Assembly (NCBI GenBank): GCA_937903035.1
Contig: CALCZP010000004.1
Coordinates: 12,570 to 76,569 of the forward strand
Origin: an uncultured bacterium
GTDB taxonomy: Bacteria; Patescibacteriota; Minisyncoccia; Phycocordibacterales; UBA9973
Reading direction: 5' to 3'
DNA length: 64,000 nt
The translations under genes and the position numbers were made by a program. A model generated the notes under the pieces. The model worked only from the letters and a program-made list of their open reading frames with translations, had not been told where the DNA came from and searched no databases. Positions 58,833-64,000 of this stretch are shown one piece after another (within the stretch, counting starts at the first letter, position 1; the number at the start of each line of letters is the position of its first letter).

Positions 58833-59804
58833 TTACAGTGAGAAGTTTCTGATATTGTAGAGCTCATCGATCTCTTGATCAGCTTCTTTCACTTCTTCTT
58901 TACTTCGATCATCAAGTTCAACAACTGTCGGCTCCTCTGCCTGATCAGCAACAGTAGTACCAACAGCTGCAATCTGTGAACGTTCCTCTGCGAGTACCTT
59001 CATAATCGCCTGCAAATCTTCTGGCGTGAAGTAGTCAATCGTGATCTTACCACCAACTTCACGAGGTTCAATATGGACGCGAGTACCAAGTGACTCCTGG
59101 AGCTTTTGCTCGATCTCCATGAGTTCAGGTGTCGGCAAAAGATTCTGTTTTCTCACTTTCTCAACAGCAATACGGCGCGCGATACGCTCAGCTTCACGGA
59201 CACTGATCTTGCGGAACATGATTTCCTTGAACAATGTCTGCTGCTCTTCGGGACGACTCGAAAGCATCATGAGCGGACGTGTGTGGCCTTCGTTAATCTT
59301 GCCCATTGAGAGCGCATCAAGCATGTCCTGTGGGAGCATGAGGAGGCGAAGCGTGTTTGAAACAAATTCGCGGCTCTTCCCTACTTTTTGCCCAATCTGT
59401 GTATGGGTGAGCTTGAACTCCTCCACGAGCCGAGAGAATGCTCGTGCACGCTCGACGGCATTAATATCCTCACGCTGGAGGTTCTCAATGATCGCAAGCT
59501 CAAGCTTCATGAGGTTGTCATCACCCACACGAATGATTGCAGGCACCTGCGTGAGTCCTGCGAGCTTGGATGCACGGAGTCGTCGCTCCCCAGCAATGAG
59601 TTCATACTCGGTCGTGAGACCTCCGTCTTCGGTTACTTTTTCGAGACGAGACACCACAAGCGGCTGAAGTACTCCGTACTGGCGGATCGACTCTGCGAGA
59701 TCCTTGAGCGGACCTTCTTCAAACTCACGACGTGTCTGATACGGGTTTGGCGCAACGCGATCAACATCAATAAAGAAAATGGAGTTGGTATAGAGTTCGG
59801 ACAT
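58833..59804 (-). CDS. parB: Chromosome partitioning protein ParB (Spo0J)
   Basis: 'GERRLRASKLAGLTQVPAIIR' ParB box and HTH. No parA is adjacent. Confidence 0.85.
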   Translation of the reverse strand: MSELYTNSIFFIDVDRVAPNPYQTRREFEEGPLKDLAESIRQYGVLQPLVVSRLEKVTEDGGLTTEYELIAGERRLRASKLAGLTQVPAIIRVGDDNLMKLELAIIENLQREDINAVERARAFSRLVEEFKLTHTQIGQKVGKSREFVSNTLRLLMLPQDMLDALSMGKINEGHTRPLMMLSSRPEEQQTLFKEIMFRKISVREAERIARRIAVEKVRKQNLLPTPELMEIEQKLQESLGTRVHIEPREVGGKITIDYFTPEDLQAIMKVLAEERSQIAAVGTTVADQAEEPTVVELDDRSKEEVKEADQEIDELYNIRNFSL

Positions 59805-59867
59805 GGGATTAGTGTATCACATACCTTATTTGAAATAATCGTGGAAAAATGCCAATATACAGGCATT

Positions 59868-59950
59868 GCCGGTGTGGCGGAATGGTAGACGCGATCGACT
59901 CAAAATCGATTACCCGTACGGGTGTGGAGGTTCGAGTCCTCTCTCCGGCA
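59868..59950 (+). tRNA. tRNA-Leu (anticodon CAA), no CCA encoded
   Basis: Hand-folded: anticodon stem ATCGA/TCGAT with loop CT-CAA-AA, a long variable arm (ACCCG-tac-GGGT), and T-arm GGAGG-TTCGAGT-CCTCT. The acceptor GCCGGTG/CTCCGGC has one U-U mismatch at 6:67. Confidence 0.75.
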
Positions 59951-59955
59951 CAAGA

Positions 59956-60037
59956 GCCCGAATGGTGGAATTGGTAGACACGTACGCTTCAGGTGCGTAT
60001 ATCGCAAGATGTGGGAGTTCAAGTCTCCCTTCGGGCA
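59956..60037 (+). tRNA. tRNA-Leu (anticodon CAG), no CCA encoded
   Basis: Acceptor GCCCGAA/TTCGGGC, anticodon stem TACGC/GCGTA with loop TT-CAG-GT, a long variable arm, and T-arm GGGAG-TTCAAGT-CTCCC. miaA starts 2 nt after it. Confidence 0.85.
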
Positions 60038-60038
60038 C

Positions 60039-60866
60039 ATGAGCAAGCAAAAAATTATCGTCGTATGCGGACCGACTGCGACCGGCAAGTCAGATCGCGC
60101 CGTTGAGATCGCTAAAGAAAAAAATGGTGAGGTTATTTCTGCAGATTCACGTCAGGTGTACCGAGGACTCGATACTGGAAGTGGCAAGATTACAACTGAA
60201 GAAATGCAAGGTATTCCCCACCATCTCCTTGATGTGGCTGATCCAGCTGACAAATTCTCAGTCACACAATACCAAACACTTACCAAAGCATGCATTGATG
60301 ACATCATCGCTCGCGGCAAAACGCCCATTATCTGTGGTGGTACCGGACTTTATATTGACGCCATTGTTTCTGGCACCGTATTCCCTGCTGTTCCTCCTAA
60401 TGAAACACTACGCGCTTCCCTTGCAAAGGAACCTCTCGAGTCACTCCAAGAAAAACTACAAACACTCGATCCTGAACGGTATGACATGATCGATGAACAA
60501 AACAGTGTTCGCCTCATCCGTGCCATCGAGATTGCAACAGCACTTGGCAAAGTTCCCGCGCTTGAGACAAAGCGTGAGTATGAAGTTGAATGGATCTACC
60601 TCGACTTTCCTGATGACGTATTAAAATCACGCATTCACGATCGCCTATTGAAGCGCATGGATAGGGGTATGCTTGATGAAGTGAGTAATCTACATGCAAA
60701 AGGAATCTCATGGGAGCGTCTCGAATCCCTCGGACTTGAGTACCGGTACCTCGCACTCTACCTCCAAGAAAAGCTCTCATATGACGACATGCTTCAGCAG
60801 CTTGAGATAGCGATTTGGCATTATGCCAAGCGACAACGAACGTGGTTTAAGAAATACGCGAAGTAA
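60039..60866 (+). CDS. miaA: tRNA dimethylallyltransferase
   Basis: 'IIVVCGPTATGKS' P-loop and 'ISADSRQVYRGLDIGS'-type motif. The start was trimmed to MSKQKII. Confidence 0.85.
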   Translation: MSKQKIIVVCGPTATGKSDRAVEIAKEKNGEVISADSRQVYRGLDTGSGKITTEEMQGIPHHLLDVADPADKFSVTQYQTLTKACIDDIIARGKTPIICGGTGLYIDAIVSGTVFPAVPPNETLRASLAKEPLESLQEKLQTLDPERYDMIDEQNSVRLIRAIEIATALGKVPALETKREYEVEWIYLDFPDDVLKSRIHDRLLKRMDRGMLDEVSNLHAKGISWERLESLGLEYRYLALYLQEKLSYDDMLQQLEIAIWHYAKRQRTWFKKYAK

Positions 60867-60972
60867 AACACCAATATAAAAGCGCATCTTCTTGTGTTTT
60901 CTTTGAAAACATCCGCGAAGCAAATTTCCGCTTTTTATACGGAACGCTGTCACTTGTAAAAAACGAAAATTT

Positions 60973-61043
60973 GCGAGCGATGAGGGAATCGAACCCCCGC
61001 CAAAGGTTTTGGAGACCTTCGTTCTACCATTAAACTAATCGCC
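60973..61043 (-). tRNA. tRNA-Trp (anticodon CCA), no CCA end encoded
   Basis: Acceptor GGGCGAT/ATCGCTC with one G-U pair, anticodon stem AAGGT/ACCTT with loop CT-CCA-AA, and T-loop TTCGATT. It lies immediately downstream of rpmG, as in many bacteria. Confidence 0.85.
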
Positions 61044-61095
61044 CAATTTGCCCTGCCACTATAGCAAAAAAGTAGTCTTGCGACTACTTTTTTGT

Positions 61096-61254
61096 TTATT
61101 TCTTTGATTCCTTGAACTTGATGACCTTGCGGAGCTTCTTGGAATATTTGTTGAACTCGAGCTTGATACCCGCGAGTTTCTTGCGGTTCTTTGCAGACCA
61201 GTAGACCTCTCCAGTCTCTTTGTTTACGAGTTTTACGAGATTATCTTGTGACAT
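61096..61254 (-). CDS. rpmG: 50S ribosomal protein L33
   Basis: The minus-strand ORF MSQDNLVKLVNKETGEVYWSAKNRKKLAGIKLEFNKYSKKLRKVIKFKESKK (52 aa) matches the bL33 pattern '...Y.T.KN.R..P.RLE..KY...' with the conserved C-terminal KE. A terminator hairpin lies downstream. It is not in the ORF track because it is under 60 aa. Confidence 0.7.
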   Translation of the reverse strand: MSQDNLVKLVNKETGEVYWSAKNRKKLAGIKLEFNKYSKKLRKVIKFKESKK

Positions 61255-61414
61255 AGTGGCAAAACTATAGCACCGAACACGTATTTGGGCAAATCTAGCT
61301 ATACTTGACTTTTATTTTATAAAGTGTTATAAAATATTTAGAGGTTAAGGAAAATACAGCATTTGAAATTATTCGAATCCTGCATTTTTCTTAACCAAAA
61401 AACCGTTCTTTGTT

Positions 61415-62371
61415 ATGAACACAAACACACAGGTACTTAGCGCCGTGAACACGATAGTGACTCACCGCCGTCCTCATATCGATGAAATAGTAGCTATTGT
61501 TCTCTTGAGAGCATATGGTGAAAAAAAGTTTCCCGGCATCAAAAATGCAACACTTGCTTTTTGGGATGCAGGATCAGCAAACACGGATAATAAAAGCTGG
61601 AAGCAACATCACCGTGAAGGCAGAGTATTAATTGGTGTTGGAGGTAGCTGCTTTGATGAGCATCCTTCTGCTACGAATGACAGAAAAGATGGTCACTGTG
61701 CTGCAACTCTTGTTGCTCAGTATCTCGGAATTTCAGATTTACCTGAGCTAGAACAATTGTTAAGGTACACCTTGAACAATGATACAAAGGGTGGCAATAA
61801 CCCTTTTGATCTTGCGGCACTAACCAATCTTATGAATAAGACATGGTTCGACACGAACCCGCAAGGTGCAGTGAACTGGGCAATCCAGGCAGTAGAAATG
61901 CTTTTACAAAAGCAGGTTAAATTCTTTAGGCAAACCGCTAAGGAATTTAATGAATATGCAGAAGTCATCAAATGCGACCACAAAGGGAAAAACATCACTG
62001 TTGTGGCAATTCAAAGCAACGATGAAGACATGGGTGCGTACGCTCGTTCTGACTACGGAGCAAGTGCGGCAATCGTGATTCAACAAAATCAAAAAGGTCA
62101 GGTAAGCATTACTTCTCAAAAAAGAGCAAAGATTGATTTTAGTAAAGCAATCGTTGTTATACGGAGAAAAGAGGCTTATTTGAAAAAAATTGATTTTAGC
62201 AAAATGAACCTCACTATTGAAGGTACTATACCTGAAATTAGCGAATGGTACTACGATGAACCTGCGGCACGTATCTTGAATGGAAGCCTAACAGCACCAA
62301 ATGTTGCGGCAACACAAATTCCATTTGGTGAGTTGATAGGTATGATTATTAAAGCCTTGTCTACTACATAG
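61415..62371 (+). CDS. MYG1-like (UPF0160) metal-dependent hydrolase family protein
   Basis: 'HRRPHIDEIVAIVLL' and 'GVGGSCFDEH' match the MYG1 H.G.FH.DE / GG.YD...DHH motifs. A hairpin terminator follows. Confidence 0.55.
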   Translation: MNTNTQVLSAVNTIVTHRRPHIDEIVAIVLLRAYGEKKFPGIKNATLAFWDAGSANTDNKSWKQHHREGRVLIGVGGSCFDEHPSATNDRKDGHCAATLVAQYLGISDLPELEQLLRYTLNNDTKGGNNPFDLAALTNLMNKTWFDTNPQGAVNWAIQAVEMLLQKQVKFFRQTAKEFNEYAEVIKCDHKGKNITVVAIQSNDEDMGAYARSDYGASAAIVIQQNQKGQVSITSQKRAKIDFSKAIVVIRRKEAYLKKIDFSKMNLTIEGTIPEISEWYYDEPAARILNGSLTAPNVAATQIPFGELIGMIIKALSTT

Positions 62372-62447
62372 TAGTGTTCTAAAAGTGCTCTGGTCCCCGA
62401 TATAAATCGGGGACTTTTTTATTTGGTGCTACACTGGTATAACAAAG

Positions 62448-63047
62448 ATGTTTATGAAGAAATCAATACAAGAAACTATGGAGCGCACCAAGAAACTTGA
62501 ACGGACTGCTGATGTCGCAACTCGCTGGATCGGGTCTACTCGTTCACTCCTTGTGCACACCTTCGTCTTTGCCGCAGCCTTCATTGTGCCGTTTTTTGGT
62601 ATTGCCCTTGATCGCGTACTCCTTGTACTCACAACCGCCCTCTCGCTCGAGGCGATCTATCTCGCTATCTTTATCCAAATGTCAGTAAACAAAAACACTG
62701 CTGATATCGAGGTCATCCAAGAAGACGTTGAAGATATCCAAGAAGAGATCGAGGATATTGGTGAAGATGTTGAAGAAATCCAAAAGGATGTCGATGACAT
62801 CGCCGAGGAAATCGAGGATATCGGGGAGGATGTTGAGGAAATTCAGAAAGACGTCGTAGAGATCCAAGAAGACGTGGAAGGTATTGAAAAAGACGTTGAG
62901 GAAATTCAAGGCGACATTGAGGAAATCGAGGAGGATAGCGACGAGGATGTAAAAATTGAGCAAAAAGAGCAGCAAACACTTGCTGCAATTCAGGAAACAC
63001 TTGCGATCCTTCAGAAAGAAATCGAAAGCCTCAAAAAGAAACGTTAG
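62448..63047 (+). CDS. DUF1003-like two-TM membrane protein with a C-terminal acidic heptad-repeat tail
   Basis: Two hydrophobic helices (residues about 37-80), then about eleven copies of E[DE][VI][ED][ED]I[QGA]. Confidence 0.55.
   Translation: MFMKKSIQETMERTKKLERTADVATRWIGSTRSLLVHTFVFAAAFIVPFFGIALDRVLLVLTTALSLEAIYLAIFIQMSVNKNTADIEVIQEDVEDIQEEIEDIGEDVEEIQKDVDDIAEEIEDIGEDVEEIQKDVVEIQEDVEGIEKDVEEIQGDIEEIEEDSDEDVKIEQKEQQTLAAIQETLAILQKEIESLKKKR
62703..62951 (+). repeat. In-frame 21-nt (heptad) tandem repeats that encode the acidic tail
   Basis: Repeating gaag[at]tgt[tc]ga[ag]ga[at]at[tc]ca[ag] units are visible in the DNA. They are coding repeats, not a CRISPR array. Confidence 0.7.
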
Positions 63048-63610
63048 ATTGTACGCGCACCCTGTCGCAAGACGATCACTTCACCTTCTTCAAACTTTAC
63101 TATCGTTGATGGCTCACTCACTTTTTCTCCGCCATCAACATACGTATCGATACGCTCACCAAAATATACTTCTGCTTCTGCAACCGTTTGTGCAGGTACT
63201 CCGCCTTGCGGATTTGCACTTGGTGCCACGAGTGGGCCAGTGATTTTCAATAGTTCCAGAAGTTCGAGATTGTCAGGAAAGCGAAATGCGAGTGTGTTGG
63301 TACCACGATGTAGGTATTCAAGATCGGCTTGATAATCATCCCCGATCGGGAGTATGACCGTGACTGCACCTGGCCATAGATCAGTGAGCTTTGAAGTTTC
63401 ATCAGATGAAAGCTCCACACCAAAGTCAGCAAGTCGCTCAATACTATCGATCAATATAATAAACTGTTTGTGTTCATCGCGCCCTTTGAGTTTATAGATA
63501 CGCGCCACCACGTCAGGCAACAATGCACTCCCGACAATGCCATACAGCGTATCTGTTGGGATTACTGCAATACCACCGTCTTTCAATACTTGCACTACTT
63601 CTTCGTTCAT
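63044..63610 (-). CDS. tsaC: L-threonylcarbamoyladenylate synthase (TsaC/YrdC, short form)
   Basis: The 'GGIAVIPTDTLYGI' YrdC signature. Confidence 0.8.
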   Translation of the reverse strand: MNEEVVQVLKDGGIAVIPTDTLYGIVGSALLPDVVARIYKLKGRDEHKQFIILIDSIERLADFGVELSSDETSKLTDLWPGAVTVILPIGDDYQADLEYLHRGTNTLAFRFPDNLELLELLKITGPLVAPSANPQGGVPAQTVAEAEVYFGERIDTYVDGGEKVSEPSTIVKFEEGEVIVLRQGARTI

Positions 63611-63702
63611 TGTTTAAAAAATTAAAATTCTATTTGTCCGACTCCGGCCTTGGGAGGGCCTCCGCTGGATGATTGAATTCAAAATATGAAAACGTGGCCG
63701 TT

Positions 63703-64000
63703 TTATATTTTAAACTCGATCACATCACCGTCTTTGACGATGTAGTCCTTACCTTCAGTACGAACCAATCCTTTTGATCGAGCATTCCCGTATGATCCTG
63801 CATCCAGAAGGTCACTCCAAAAGATCACTTCAGCGCGGATGAATTTATCCTTAAAGTCGGTATGAATCGCTGTACCTGCAATTGGTGCAGTACTCCCCTT
63901 TGCAATCGTCCATGCACGAGTCTCGTCTTCACCGGTGGTGAAAAATGTCTCAAGGCCTAGGAGCTTGTACGCAGCGGTAATGAGGTTGTTAATACCATCG
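63703..64000 (-). CDS. ychF: Ribosome-binding ATPase YchF, with only the C-terminal TGS-like part in the window
   Basis: The minus-strand translation ends '...TFFTTGEDETRAWTIAKGSTAPIAGTAIHTDFKDKFIRAEVIFWSDLL...EGKDYIVKDGDVIEFKI*', a typical YchF C-terminus. A terminator hairpin (AAAACGGCCACGTTTT) lies downstream. Confidence 0.8.
   Translation of the reverse strand, partial: DGINNLITAAYKLLGLETFFTTGEDETRAWTIAKGSTAPIAGTAIHTDFKDKFIRAEVIFWSDLLDAGSYGNARSKGLVRTEGKDYIVKDGDVIEFKI

Noticed and set aside
62695-62975. Regularly spaced short DNA repeats that could be mistaken for a CRISPR array
   Set aside because: The period is 21 nt with no unique spacers and lies in frame within an ORF, where it encodes acidic heptads. 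There are no cas genes nearby.

Overview
This 64-kb window looks like a small, streamlined bacterial genome, probably a CPR/Patescibacteria-like one, though that is my inference. Genes are short and tightly packed and most have their own hairpin terminator. All annotations rest on by-eye motif recognition, not database searches.

Most of the window is conserved core chromosome:
- A DnaJ-LysS / DnaK / GrpE chaperone locus.
- The ribosomal alpha operon: infA, rpmJ, rpsM, rpsK, rpsD, rpoA, rplQ, then rplM and rpsI.
- A cell-wall block: mraZ, rsmH, an ftsL-like gene and ftsI, plus a second PBP2 with an MreD-like gene.
- alaS, pepF, greA, malic enzyme, dnaX, dus, an ftsQ-like gene, serS, dprA, topA, rel, parB, miaA, tsaC, and a partial ychF at the right edge.
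- Five tRNAs: Ala-UGC, Gln-UUG, Leu-CAA, Leu-CAG and Trp-CCA, plus rpmG.

The left ~9.8 kb is accessory and partly phage-derived:
- A partial terminase-small-like HTH gene, a ParB-domain DNA methyltransferase, and a putative wHTH regulator transcribed divergently from a LexA-type S24 repressor.
- The LexA-type repressor is the first gene of a tight four-gene plus-strand operon: LexA-like, DUF2188, a cGAS/DncV-like nucleotidyltransferase, and a two-transmembrane effector. I read this as a CBASS-like signalling module placed behind an SOS-type autocleaving repressor, and it is the most interesting candidate in the window.
- Next come a structured intergenic region and a very low-GC two-gene cassette (unknown protein plus a cytoplasmic trypsin-like serine protease). 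Copies of the motif CTCGAGAAG lie on both sides of the cassette.
- A eukaryote-type arginine/phosphagen kinase sits under its own terminator.

Other notable items are a copper-homeostasis cluster (csoR, DUF305, copA, HMA-membrane, DoxX), a SWIB/MDM2-domain protein, a two-component system, a secreted four-repeat protein, and a membrane protein with an acidic heptad-repeat tail.

I found no CRISPR array, rRNA gene or transposase.
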